Origin: Kondoa subrosea
Taxonomy: Eukaryota
Reading direction: 5' to 3'
DNA length: 64,000 nucleotides
NCBI GenBank assembly: GCA_039545335.1
Contig: BCIN01000005.1
Coordinates: forward strand, 62,001-126,000
Part shown: positions 48,801 through 64,000 of the stretch, in pieces
Position numbering within the stretch: the stretch's first letter is position 1
How the letters are laid out: each line of letters opens with the position of its first letter
Translations under genes and position numbers: made by a program
Notes under the pieces: generated by a model
Databases searched by the model: none
Told to the model about the DNA's origin: nothing
Seen by the model: only the letters and a program-made list of their open reading frames with translations

Positions 48801-49838
48801 CTATTGGAAAGTCACGTAACCCTCCGGCAACGGTACCCACTTATTGTCAATATGATGGCACCATGCATTGTTGAACCAAATGATTTGTCCGTTACTTGGG
48901 TCGTATTCTTTCCACTGGCCGCCTTCGTAATATTTGATGGGTTTGATTGCTTGAGAGTGCAAGACTTGCTTAACGGCACTGGAAGCGGCGTGCATAGCTC
49001 CATGAGCGGTCGCAGCGACTGATTTGATTTGTAAGCTGCGATTTCGATGTGACGGCTCCTTACCTGGAGACATCGGAGGTTTCCAGCCAAACGTACGCTC
49101 TCCCATTGTACTGCCAGAATTGCCACTAGCAACGCTAGCTCTGTCTGTGGAAATCTCTGTCAGTGATCGGAAATTGGCCCTCTGAGTTACTATCGCTTAC
49201 TGGCACTAGCAATCTGGTTCTTCCGGGCATTGTAGTCGGTCATTTTTTCATAGCCTCCGTGCGAATAAAGCACGACATCGGCAGGCCAATGGTGAACTTG
49301 GGAACCTGGGGATTCGAGCATATATTGAGCATCTAAGCTCTCGCCAATCAGTAGGTTGAGAGCAAAGAGCTTTCTTTGGACTCACTGTGGTAGGCTGCCA
49401 CTGTCTGTCCGTTAGCTTGAGATCTCCACCGGAATTGTTGACGGGTAGCATTCTCCGGAAGAGTATGCTGGATCAGTTCTAATTGCCAGCCTGGAAAAGC
49501 TGCTTTCTTGATGTATAAGTCGCCCGAATGAAGATCGACATCTGTGTTGTTTGCAAAGCCGAAATATAGCTTATGTGGCTCTCGAACAGGAATGGTGATA
49601 TCGGTAGTCGTTGAAGCAGACGCCATTCTATTGCCAAATGTCAAGGCTCTGTCCGTTCATATTCAAGAATGACCCTCACGATAGTTATGGTCGAGTTATA
49701 GTGGTCGATAAGGATCAAAGAATAAGAAAGAAATAGGTTGTGAGAAAGAAGGAGAGAGAGGTCATCGAATTTATACTCGCTGGTTCTAAACGAGGCGAGT
49801 AACCAGGACCAAAATAGAGCTTTCATAGCGGTGAACAA
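48801..49838 (-). CDS. Hypothetical secreted protein, multi-exon
   Basis: Signal-like MKALFWSWLLASFRT; downstream exons join in frame through GTGAGT and GTAAGC introns; ends WVPLPEGYVTFQ*. Confidence 0.55.
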
Positions 49839-50788
49839 TCCCGTTATTGATAGCCAGAAGTCATACTCTCAGAAGGCAAAAATGACGGCTTCCGCAGAGG
49901 CAGACCTCGAATGATGAAAAGGAATCCAATTTGGGAGATCATCTGCGAAATCATCTGTGAAGAGAAGAAGTTGCCATCCGCATCAACTCCACCGAAGATG
50001 TACAAGCCCTTTAGAAGACAGAATATGATATCAACAGGCGATCAATCTGAACATTGACAGTGCGAAGGATTCTTCCGTTTGAGAAGAACAGCTCTTGTCG
50101 GAAGTGGAATTCCTCATCAGATGAGTCTACTTGTACGCATTCTGAAGAGTGACAAAGGGAATAGAAATTGGATGACAGGTTAACCAAGTGCAGTCAATCG
50201 ATATCTCCTCAAACTAGAGCTGCATCGCGGCGTACCTCATTTGGATGAGCAAAGCGAGGAAGTGATCTCTGATCCAGTCTACTTGCGCGTTTTTCGCTTT
50301 ATATATAAATCAGCCGGACTTCGCTTTCGTATTACTGGCGACGCAGAAGATGGGGATATAGCCAATAGATTTGCCCGCCGTGTTGTATTATGCAAGAAAT
50401 CACTGCACGGCATAGAGAGAGCGCAACAGGTTGCATCGACGGAACGAAAGGGCAGAGGGAAACAGAAGAACATTCAGGACGACTAGCCAGAGAACCAGCA
50501 CAAGATATCCGACATTAAGAGCCAGCATTAAATCTCTGAGCGAAAGACGAAGCCAATGTGCAGTGGTGCCATGCCTTGATATGTAATAAGTTCTGCTCAT
50601 TGTTCATGTCTCGCCAGATACGCTCAACTTGCCCAGTATAGCAGTGTTGCGAGTGCTTTGAGTAAAGCAAGCAATGCGATTGTCGACATAAGCCCTTGCT
50701 GCTCCATTCGTGACCTGTATATCATCTAAGAATGTACGGAAATAGAGAATTGACCTTGCGGACATACAGATCATCGGGCGTCCTCTAC

Positions 50789-52173
50789 TCAAGCCTTATC
50801 GATACAAATTCGGCTGCATGCCTATTTGCTATATTAGCAACAGTTATTGGAACGATTGTATAACGAAGTTGCCTTCCTATGACCGCCCTCTTTCCAATGT
50901 TTTTTTTTGACATTCAGGACTACAACTGCGAGTATAATCAGCGTGGTCAGAGAAACAGTAAGAGAGGCGAGACGAACTACATAGCGACAGCACAATAAGC
51001 GCACAAACGGAACCTCCTCAATTCTCCTCCATCATCCGGCAACGACTGATGACTTCCGCAATCAACACAGACGTCCACCCTGTCACCGTTCCAGAACACC
51101 CCTGCAAAAGTCGTACGAATCGCTTGTGCGCGATCTTCGAAATTGGATATAAGGGCTATGCGATCGAATTGCTCATAAGATCTTTCAGGTAATCTTGCTC
51201 TCAAGAATTCTGTTCCTGAAGCTGGAAATGGAACGCCAAGTAATGCTTGCAGAGTTCGAGCCCTGATGACATTTGCATATAATTCGTTTCCAATCTTTTC
51301 CCTGACAAAGACATTCTTGATGTAAAGAAGCAGAACTTCGGACCAACTGATATCAATTAGCTGTCGGCCATTGAACAGTGTACTCGACAGCCGTCTGTCG
51401 CAACGAAATGATACAGATGCATGTCGCATCAAGAACCGAGCGAGTTCGGCTAGATAACCTCCCAACAAATTATGCTTTCCCATCATCCAATCAGCAACGA
51501 CTTGTTGACCTGCTATTGCGCCAGATACTGCAAATGTGAGATATAGATGTAGATCCAGGAAGTTTTCGATGAAGGCCTTTAGATAGGACATAGAAAGCTT
51601 TTTCAAGTTGTAGACTCCGTATAAAACCATTTGAAAGAAAGTCGTAGCCGAAGAGATGCGGCGCAAGTCGTCTGAGCTTGAGCAGTTTTGAGCCAGAGTT
51701 TCCTGGAGCCTTTTAAGAAGAAGGGTTGGTTGAGCAGCCATGACAAGTCTCAGAGTAAGTGCAGAGGCAAATGTATTCATGTGAAGTACGATTGGGGAAC
51801 ACATGAGCCACATTAGAGGCGAGTTCTCTTCAAGCAGAAATCTGAAGTACAGTCTTGATAAGAGAAGAACAGTCGTGCAAGGCTTTAAACCAACAGGATC
51901 CGCTCAGCCCCATCTTGGCAAGCACCAATCTCCTCATCAGTCAGCTTTCCGGCCGCAGGTCGTGCTGTCAGCATAAATATAGCTTCTGCCTTTGCGTTTC
52001 CAAGACTTTCGTGATAGCAAGCGGTGCAGTATTTGATAGAATATCCTGCGCGCGTGGTGCAGCTGATTGCCTTGTGAGCTTGATGCTATGAATGGCGCAT
52101 GTATGACGAAGAGTCGTTGCTGCAGAACAACTAACTTATTGGCTTCCGCAGAAGCGGAAGGGAAACAAGCCAT
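50789..52173 (-). pseudogene. MYND zinc-finger protein, apparently disrupted
   Basis: CVDC..CAYCAVAMYCSPECQKK then +1 shift in an A9 run before HWKEGGHRK; 5' part could not be joined without stops. Confidence 0.6.
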
Positions 52174-52346
52174 TGTCGTGCCAAAGATACGGCAGGTAAG
52201 GTCACAAGCGACTGAGAAATAATGATCCTTTGTTGTGTAGACGCGAACAGATCTCAACAATCCAAATGAATGCAAGAACAGAATCTGCAACTGAAAACAA
52301 CCTCGTATAACAGTCTACAATAACAAAGGCAAAAGTACTTCACCAC

Positions 52347-53344
52347 TCATCCCAAAGGTTTATAGACCTTCTTCTTCTTGCTCGTTCCACCACTACTGAA
52401 ATTTCTCCCTATCATGACACATCAGCATCGAAAGGCTACAGTGAGAGCGCGTGAAGGAAACACTTACAATCTGCAACTCTAACTTCCCTAGTATCTTCCC
52501 ATTTCCTCTTCAATTCCTTTTCCCTAGCTTTCTCTTTCGCTTCCTCTTCTTTCTTTGCAGCATCCGCTCCTTCAGCAATCATAGTCATCTTGACACTTCT
52601 TCTTTTCCTCAATTCTTCATCGATCAACAACTCTTTAGTCTTTTTACGGACTTGCAGAGGTAATGGTGGATCTAATCGACGGAGCATAGGATGGGAATCG
52701 GGCGTTTCTGGTTTCAAAGGTGGATCTAGACCTCGGAGGACTAGCATTCTTGCGTCGGTACTGTAGAACGGAAACCAAGCTATTAGAAAGGCAATCTAAA
52801 ACGCTTTAGTATGGTGTCCTACATGAGTTGATCCAAAACACTGTTTGCAAGCTGAGTGAAGCACATTAGGGCTTAAAAAAGGGACATACGCTCGTTTATC
52901 CTTATCGCTTAATTCACCTTCGGCCTGTGCACATAAGAACCAATGAACATCATACGAGGATGAAATTCAAAGGAGTTTGACTGCACCTTTTTAAGCATAT
53001 CAAAACTTTCAGGACCTCTAGCATGTTTGAGTTTATCAGGATGAAGCAACAAACTCTTTGTCCTATAAGCTTTCTTAATCATTGAATTGATCAAATCCGG
53101 ATCTGTTGCTGAAGTGATTGTTATATCCAAAACTTCATAAGGGTTCAATTTGAAGCTGCTCAATACTCTGTGCATCTGTCAATTCCCCAGCACTCCAAAA
53201 TCAGACTAAAAGCTGAAAAGCGAAGATACGGGAACCGACCTCTTTCTCTCGAACGAGTTCTGAAGCTTCTTGATTCAGCATAGCATCGATATCGAAATCA
53301 TCATCTTCATATTTGACTCGACTTGAAGAAGCATGAGGTGCCAT
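52347..53344 (-). CDS. SPF31: J-domain protein SPF31/DNAJC8-like
   Basis: RVLSSFKLNPYEVLDI, IKKAYRTKSLLLHPDK, LIDEELRKRR, RKWEDTREVRVADWRNF, KKKKVYKPLG*. Confidence 0.88.
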
Positions 53345-53738
53345 TGTTTGGGAATCGAAGGTCGAGAGTGCAGAGTTTGACGGTGACCGGAGGGTGATTC
53401 TCTTAGCTTGGGATACGGGAAACGATAGCCTTACCGAGCAGCTAAGTGTAGTGAATATTCACAGTCAACTGATCTTGGTGCAACTTGTCGAGAATCACAA
53501 AGTGGTCGAATTGGGAAGAGAGGCAATACTAACGAAGGCAGATGTTGCGGCACTCTCGGATGCTGTGAACTCGGTGCAAAATGAAGATAAGCAGCTCCAA
53601 CAGTTCCAGTACAAGCACTGCTCGCTCTTATACCAGTCCGGAAGATTGATATGGTCGCTAGGCATACACGACATGGAGATAATGGAATGCATTGAACATC
53701 CTTGACCCTTTTCCTAGTACACCATTACATCCTTTCTA

Positions 53739-54334
53739 TCATACTGCTTTAGACGCGCTCAAAGGTGTAGGGCCAGCAACAGGTTTTGGTGCAGAATAGG
53801 CAGAAGCGTGAGGTAAGATGGTAGATTGATCTGCTACTCGATAGCCAGGAACCTGTACGATTGTTCACATCACTGAGCTGAGATATCAGCATAAATGGTA
53901 CTATGACGTACAGCTGCTGGGTTGAATGTCATTTGGCATTCTGAGTAGGATGATCCTAAACCTGCTCCAGTAAGTAGCCACACAGGTGCCGCTCGTCCTG
54001 TGAGATCCAAATAAGTCAGAATCAGGTCATACACTAAGAGATAAGAGTAGAAGACGAGATGCGAGAGGATGGAGATCTTCGAGAGTAGAGAAAAGCAATA
54101 TAGCGAGGAACCTACTTTTGAACAAGACAACAGAAGCTACTACACCAATACCGAATCCCATTCCAGTCTTTACCAATGCATTCGCCAAACAGATGTCCGT
54201 TCTGCAGCGCAACCAAGGTCAGCTATCTGAAACATTTGTACTCGAGCATAAGAGAGCCCGCACTTTCTGCCCAGAATGTCTTCTGATGCTGTCGAGGGAC
54301 TTGTTACAGCAGGTGAAGAAGGTGCAGAAGCCAT
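53739..54334 (-). CDS. MIC10: MICOS subunit Mic10
   Basis: [56 protein letters not shown], with GxGxGxG motifs and a KRR loop. Confidence 0.93.
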
Positions 54335-54552
54335 TGCGCTTGGTGCTTGCGAGAGATGACTGTCTTGATCCAAAATGCATGTCAAGCTCAAGCAGCCAGA
54401 GCCTCGCTGATATCGGATGTGCTGGGATACCACAGCTGCAGGCTGATCAACTAGAAGTACTTCTTATATATCCACAAGTTCTTCTCTTTATACCCGCTCT
54501 GTCCTTCGAAGTATTGTGTGAAGTCAGAGCTCACGTACTTGCCTGATCTCGC

Positions 54553-57500
54553 ATGGCTTCCCTCTCTCCTCCTTTCGTAACAGCTTCAATAGCTATTCCT
54601 TCTCCCGAAGCTATTCCTTTACCTTCGCCCAGTCCTTCCTCCGCATCAACGCTTTCAGCATCACCTCGACCAGATTACTTCTCAGCTTCATCCACTTCAA
54701 GTAAATCAAGTTCTTCAGCAGGTAGATTAATTCGACGTGCTTCAGACGCTGCCAAATCTGCAAAATCAGCTGCTAAAGCTTTACCAACCCGAATCCGAAA
54801 TAGAAACAGTATGACTTCCGTCATTCCTTTATCCCTTCCTATCAATATTGAAGGTGAAGGACCACAAGATATGCCTTCTTTCTTATTATCTGGTGTTTCT
54901 ATGCTTAAAGTATCTAAAAACAAGAAAAAGACAACAAGGACTGTGAAACTCTTACCTGAACATGGACAACTTTCTTGGTCTAAGAAGAATTCAGCTGATG
55001 GTTGGGCTTATTTATCTTTGGAAAACGTTTTGGAACTTCGGTTTGGTTCAGAAGGAAAACCTTATAGAGTTTCTTTTGGTTTAAGTGAAGAAAGTCAGGA
55101 GAAATGGATGACGGTGGTTTATGTTGCTTCTAAAGAAGGAGGAGAAGAAAGAAGGATCAAAATGTTGCATTTGGTCGCATTCGAACAGCAAGTTATTGAA
55201 GCTTGGGAAAAGAGTTTGACTAGTTTGGTCAAAGAAAGAAGAGCTTTGATGATGCAGGGTTATGATTTGGCTGAAGGAAGTAAAAGATGGAATGTCTGGT
55301 TGAAACAATGTTGGAGAATAGCCGATAGCAATGAAGATCAGAAAGTCGATTTTAAAGAGGTTGTTGCATTATGTCAAAGGCTGGGCATTGCTGCAAGTAC
55401 CGCTGATTTGCAGGTGCACTTCAATGTCAGTGATCATTGTATGCCAATCAACCTAGGCTGATTGAGCATATGGATGATCTGACAGAACGCCGATATTGAA
55501 GATTCTGGCTTTCTTGATTTCGCTCAATTCCAGACTTTCGTCAAGCGTCTTCGCACTAGGTCGGAAATCGATACTCTCATGTCTACCCTGACGTCAAAGA
55601 CTTCCACTTCGCTCTCGTTGAAACTCTTCTTGACTTTCATGCGAGATGTACAAAAGTCCTCATTGGCGACTGATGAGCTGCATGCAATATACGACAAATA
55701 CGCTACTTTTTCACCAGAAACAGGCATGAACTCTTCTGAACTGGCTAATTTCCTCATCTCGGTCGATGCGGCTGCTTTTGATCCGCAGCATCAAAATGTG
55801 GTACAAGATATGACCCGACCATTATGTGAATATTTTGTTTGCAGTTCTCATAACGTTAGTAGTATTTATTGTACCGATGATGATACTGATGAGACTGCAC
55901 TGCAGACCTATCTTGTCGGGAATCAGCTCAATGGGGATAGTTCGCCTGAAGGTTATGTCAGAGCACTGCAACAAGGCTGCAGATGTGTTGAACGTGCGTG
56001 ATGAACTTCAGAATCTGTTTAGTCAGCTTTTTGAAGTCTGATTCATGCACAGTCGATGTATGGGATGGACCTGAAGGCCAACCTGTCGTATATCACGGTC
56101 GAACTTTGACATCTAAGATCCTCTTCTCCGATGCCTTGCAAGCTATCAACAAATACGCTTTCGTCTCATCGCCTTATCCTGTAATTTTATCTGTCGAAGT
56201 TCATTGCGATACAGTGCAGCAAGCAGCAATGGCGAAACATCTGAAAGAGATTCTTGGTTCAGCTTTGGTCGATAAACAGCTCGATGACTGTTCAACAACG
56301 GTTCTACCAAGTCCTGAAGACCTGAAATATCGATTCTTACTCAAAGCGAAGAATCTGTTCGAAGTATCCAAAAACGAAGGTGTTCATGCTACTTCGGTCA
56401 GAGTCAATCAAGAAAGCGAAAGTGAAACCACTACGACTACGACCACTGAAAGTGAGAACGATCTTAAGAAAGGTTTCAAGAACGCTTTTCGGAAGTTCAG
56501 AGATACTTCTCCCGCTCCAACTTCTACCTCATCATCCTCTGCTGGTAAAGCACCAATGTCTTTTGAATTAGCCGCTTTGATCGTCTATACTATTGGTGTA
56601 AAATGTCGAGGCTTTAACAAGAAAGAAACTTATGCACCTTTTCATGTTTTATCTTTGGGCGAAAGAAGAGCAGCCAAAACTATCAAAGAAGCTCGATCGG
56701 ACTTGCTGGATCACAATAGAACTCATCTTGTTCGAGCTTACCCTGCCGGAACTAGAGTATCGAGCAGTAATTATTTACCGCAACATCTTTGGGCTGTCGG
56801 TATGCAAATGGTTGCTATCAATTGGCAGACTTTTGGTTCGTCAGATCATGATGTGTCAAGCTATTCGCAGCTTGCATTGTTGATGGCGCGGAACAGATAT
56901 CGGAGCTGAAATCAATGCTGCTTTCTTTCAAGCTAACGGAAGATCAGGCTACATTTTGAAACCTGATATACTGCGTATGAAAGATCCTGTAGCGAAAGAT
57001 AAAGAAGTATTAGCTTCACCAAAGAAGTTTATACTCAGAGTTAGCGTGCGTTTCTGATTTTCTCCTCTGTCCGCGGACGTGTCTGATAAGGCAAAAACGT
57101 GCAGATCCTCTCGGCTCAACAGCTTACCCGAAGTAAATGTCAGACCGATACCAAGCTTGGATCAGAAAACCTTGACAAAGGGAGTATTAACCCTTGGGTT
57201 GAAGTTGGGGTCTTTGCGCCTGGCGTAGAAGCTTCAAAAGCGCCGCGAGCGAAGACGTTTACAGTCATGTAAGCTTTCTTAGTGCCTTAGGATTGCGCAA
57301 AGCTGATGGTCGACACAGCGGGAACGGATTCAATCCTGTCTTTCCGGCCGATAGCTCTACTTTTGAATTACCTTTTGAAGTCATTGGCGGCATGCTTGAG
57401 CTGGTCTTCATTCGCTTTCTTGTTCAAGAAGGCGACGGCGATGACGATGAACAGTTGGGCAAGTATTGCATTTCAGCTAGTATGCTTCAACCAGGTATGT

Positions 57501-57637
57501 ATTGCTTTGTGCAGCTTAGAGAATGCAGGCTGATACAGGTGGGCATAGGCTATCGTCATTTACCTCTTTACGACGCGCTGGGTCATCAATATCTGTTCAG
57601 CTCGATTTTCGTCAAAACCTCTATTCGCTCTGTATGA
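54553..57637 (+). CDS. PLC1: Phosphoinositide phospholipase C (PH, EF-hand, X/Y, C2)
   Basis: [86 protein letters not shown]. Confidence 0.97.
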
Positions 57638-58086
57638 TTTCGGGAAATACGGACATTGATATCTGGCATCTCATATAACCAACCTATTGTACTATAGCTG
57701 CATGAATATTTTAGTCTCTCTCGTTTGGAGTCCCGCTATCGGTTATCCGGGGGGGGGCCGAGACATAGACTAAATTCACTTGCTTGGTCAGCCTCCTTTC
57801 TTCCCTTCCACGACTTGATCGCTCCGAGTCCCATTAACAAGACACACATACAGCATGACAGCACCAATCCCAGTCCGAAAGCGCAGCAACACTTGTAAGT
57901 GCCTTTGCCGGACTGGGCACAGCACAAACGTTCTTGGGCGCTGATTTTGTTCCTTGTATAGTCTCTTACGTCGAAGACCAGACTCACACTGCTCCTCCTG
58001 ATCAGACCAGCACCAACAAGACTACCTTCTCCTCACCTCGAAGCGCAGGCTGGTTCACTTCTTTCCTTTCATCCCCATCCAACAAA

Positions 58087-58718
58087 ATGCCTCAGCATGG
58101 CCGTGAAGCTTCCATAGCCTCTTCTGTCTCTTCTGCTGAATCGTCTGGTGTCCGAACTCCAGAAGATATGGAACCCGTTCCCTCTACTTCTGCTAATACC
58201 AAAGTCAAGTTCGCTCAACAAGATGCAACCCATACTTTATCTTCAGCTGACGATCTAGTTGATCTACAAGCTTTCAGAAATGCGAGTAAGAGGAGAGCAA
58301 GCTGGGGTGGTGGTGGTCTTCTTCCTGGTACCGAAAAAGCTGCAACATCTCCTACTTCTTCGGGATTGTTTTCTTGGTTACAAACTGTTCAACCTGCTTC
58401 TCCTGTAGCAGAAAGTGCTGGTCTATTCAGAAAGATGAGCTTGGGTTCTCCGACCAAGGTTAGACGCTCACTATTCACCAAAAGGCTTCCTGCTGACAAA
58501 TCGCTTACTTTACAGCCGAGGGATGTCAAACCTGTTGATCTAGCAAACGATGAGAGATCTGCAAGAGGGTTGGCTAGGCGTGCTTCGGCTTCTCAAGGCA
58601 GAAGACCTTCTCCAATGGTAAGCGTTCACAATGCAACATAAGCCAAGTGCTTATACTACATTGGGGCGCATTACAGGGCGAGCGCATGTTAAAAGGCGTT
58701 TACAACCATCAATTCTAA
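58087..58718 (+). CDS. Small Ser-rich fungal protein of unknown function
   Basis: MPQHGREASIASSVSS..RRASW..LFRKMSLGSP..GRRPSPMGERMLKGVYNHQF* after removal of GT-AG introns. Confidence 0.7.
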
Positions 58719-58965
58719 GCTCTACTCATTCAACTTTACGAACATCAACCTAGACGCCTCTTTTCAGCATGCATTCTTCTGCTTGGTCGTGTACAAAAGG
58801 CAATTTGGATTGTTAATACAAGTATACTTGGAATCGGGTTCTCTTCATGGATGCAGTTCTCTTTCTACACATCACAATAGTACATAGACTTCTAGGGTTT
58901 TATCTGTAATCGTTTGTACATAAAATATCCGGGGGTTTGTAAATGCATTCATTGTATCTATCTTA

Positions 58966-59636
58966 TCATTGAATCACTTCCTCCGGTTTGATAATACTGA
59001 TCGGTTCTGGTCTTCTCACGAAAATGATCTTCCTTTTGATCAAAGTAACAATCTCGTGCTTCCCATTTGTGAGATCAGAAATTGATAAAGGCGTAGCAGG
59101 AGAAGGTGGTAAAGGTGAAGAAGAAAGAGAAGATTTGCTAGGTGTTTTTAATTCCGTTATCCTAGCTGGAGTAACAGTTTGCAAAGCCGAATGTCGAGCG
59201 AAAGAATCTTTGTCAGGTGAAGAAGTAACTGGCGGCGGATTCAGCCGAGCTTTCTTACTACTTGGCTCTTGTTCTTCTTCTTCTTGTGACAGGGAAGAAG
59301 AGGGAAAGAAAGTATGTTTCAAGACTGCGAGGGGTTTAGGTAAAGTATCAATTCTGCCTTGTAGTCGATGATGTCCAATAATCAGGAAAGGTTTCGCCTA
59401 GTCTCTATTCAAGTCAGCATCAGAGGTACAAAACAGAGGAGATATGTAGGCACAGGATTAGACATGTCCAGTTGACCTATCATTTGCCCTTGCAGCTCTT
59501 CAGGCGAATCAGCATCCGTTTCCAAGCTACCTTGCAGCTCCAAGAGGAAAGGCTCGTTCTCGTGAATCACGAATGGTCCAGAGATGCTTGTTGACGCGCT
59601 TGAAGCGCTCAGATTTGAAGTGATGGGCAAACGCAT
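58966..59636 (-). CDS. CTF8: Ctf8 subunit of the Ctf18-RFC complex
   Basis: LLELQGSLE..IGQLD, LIIGHHRLQGRIDTLPKPLAVLK, IVTLIKRKIIFVRRPEPI. Confidence 0.9.
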
Positions 59637-59916
59637 AATTCGTCGAATGCCAATGGGGTTTGTAATGTTATGTCAGAAGCAGACGCGATTAACAGACAGA
59701 GGCTAGATTTAGATGACTTTTGAGGTCCGTCAGCGGAAAGAAGGAGCAAGCAATACTTCGTTTCGTGAGAAGTGATGAAAAGTATGCTTACGTAATACGC
59801 AGAACACGACAAGCAAAGGAAGATTTAGTAATGCGCTTCACAAAGGAAGAATGTATCGAGAATCTGTCCTATATACAATCGAGAGTCCGTCCGGTCTGCC
59901 CTTACCAAATGATACA

Positions 59917-62834
<2,918 letters not shown>

Positions 62835-63089
62835 CGCATTGGCCTCAACTCTTGCCTAATGTCTAATATTGCCTCGTCCTGCCCTTCTCGCTTATCTCCA
62901 CGCGTTTCCTCCCCTAAGATGTGCTCTTCTATGTCCAGACGGCCGGTGCTGACTTGCTTAGAGCGCTGTAGCGGTATTAAGTGATCAATCTTAAGTCCGC
63001 GTCATGGTATCAAACAAAGCAAGCTGCTTTTTGTTTCCTTCTTGTTCTTGCACAGTAACCTCATCTGCACCCCTCACTCACATCCCAAT

Positions 63090-64000
63090 ATGACAATCAC
63101 AATCTATGGAAACGTGAGCAGCTTATCAATCCTCCTTCTCGTGCTGATGTGACTTCGATTTGTCTTAGCCAATGTGAGCGGGAAGCAAGCGTTGACTGCG
63201 AGCATAGACTGAGCGCGGTATTAGGTCTACCTGCACTCAGCGTGTCATCGCAGGTGAGTTGCTCTCACTTCAGCTATGGCCTACGTATGCTTATACTTTG
63301 CATGATTCTAGTTTGCAAGGCTAAACAGCTCGACTACAAGATCTCAGGTTATTCTGGAAAAGAGGGTTTTGATTTCATCAAGGTAAGCTCATTCTTGTGC
63401 TTTACATTGGGTTCGGCTGTTGATGAGCAATTATATCAGGATCCCAAGTTCATCGAAGAGAAGCAGCCTTTCGGTCAAATGCCAGCCATTGACGAGTATG
63501 TCGCATTCGTGTTCATACTCCATGCAGTCTCCTGACAGAATCCATCTTCAGCGATGGTTTCTCAATGTTTGAATCAAGAGGTGAGCATCAATCTCAAAGC
63601 TTCCCGTCATCACCTTCAACTCATGTGTGATGCCTCTCAGCTATATGCATTTACCTAGCGACGAAGTACAAGGTTAATCTTCTCTATTCTCAGTGGTCTC
63701 ACAGGTCTGACCCAAAGTACTATCAGGACCAAGGTATCGATTTGATGCCCGCATTCGATGCTGAAGCTATGGCTGCTTTCAACCAAGGTCTGACCTTCTA
63801 CATTCTCTTCCCTATGCATCGCTCAACTTCCATCTAGGCATGTTCATTGAGGCGTTCAACTTTGACAAGCACGCTGCAGCCATTGTATACGAGATCGTTT
63901 TCAGCCGTGTGTTGTTTCTGCTGCATGTTGGAACGATGCCCTTACAATGACTTATAGCAATGTACGGCGGAAAACCTGACGAGGCTATTATCAAGAAGGA
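63090..64000 (+). CDS. Glutathione S-transferase (phi/theta-like), truncated by window end
   Basis: MTITIYGNPMSTCTQRV..QPFGQMPAID..FESRAICIYLATKY..GMFIEAFNFD. Confidence 0.9.

Overview
Gene-dense, intron-rich fungal nuclear DNA, most consistent with a basidiomycete. Introns are typically ~50 nt with GT[A/G]AGT/GTACG donors and CTRAY branch points. The window holds about 25 protein-coding genes. Recognisable ones are COQ5 (3' end), a PCI-domain CSN12/THP1-like gene, SUB2/UAP56, an SPT8-like WD40 gene, carnosine N-methyltransferase, POL2, IKS1 kinase, a 4-finger C2H2 factor, RPS24, an ABCC transporter, TAL1, an MBOAT acyltransferase, a MYND-finger gene, an SPF31/DNAJC8 J-protein, MIC10, PLC1, CTF8, VPS34 and a GST (5' end). 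No tRNA, rRNA, transposon or CRISPR feature was seen. The strongest signal is a 509-nt intron in the SUB2 helicase gene. A perfect 16-bp inverted repeat clamps it, one arm covers a decoy 3' splice site leading to a premature stop, and the loop contains a candidate poison exon plus hairpins, suggesting a helicase-sensing autoregulatory splicing switch (inference). Also notable are a tandem pair of degenerate WRN/RNase-D-like exonuclease-fold paralogs (one with a single in-frame TGA), several 3-10 nt microexons, GC-AG introns, and a frameshifted MYND finger in a block of orphan genes. Exon boundaries were assembled by eye, and all family assignments are by motif recognition, not database search.
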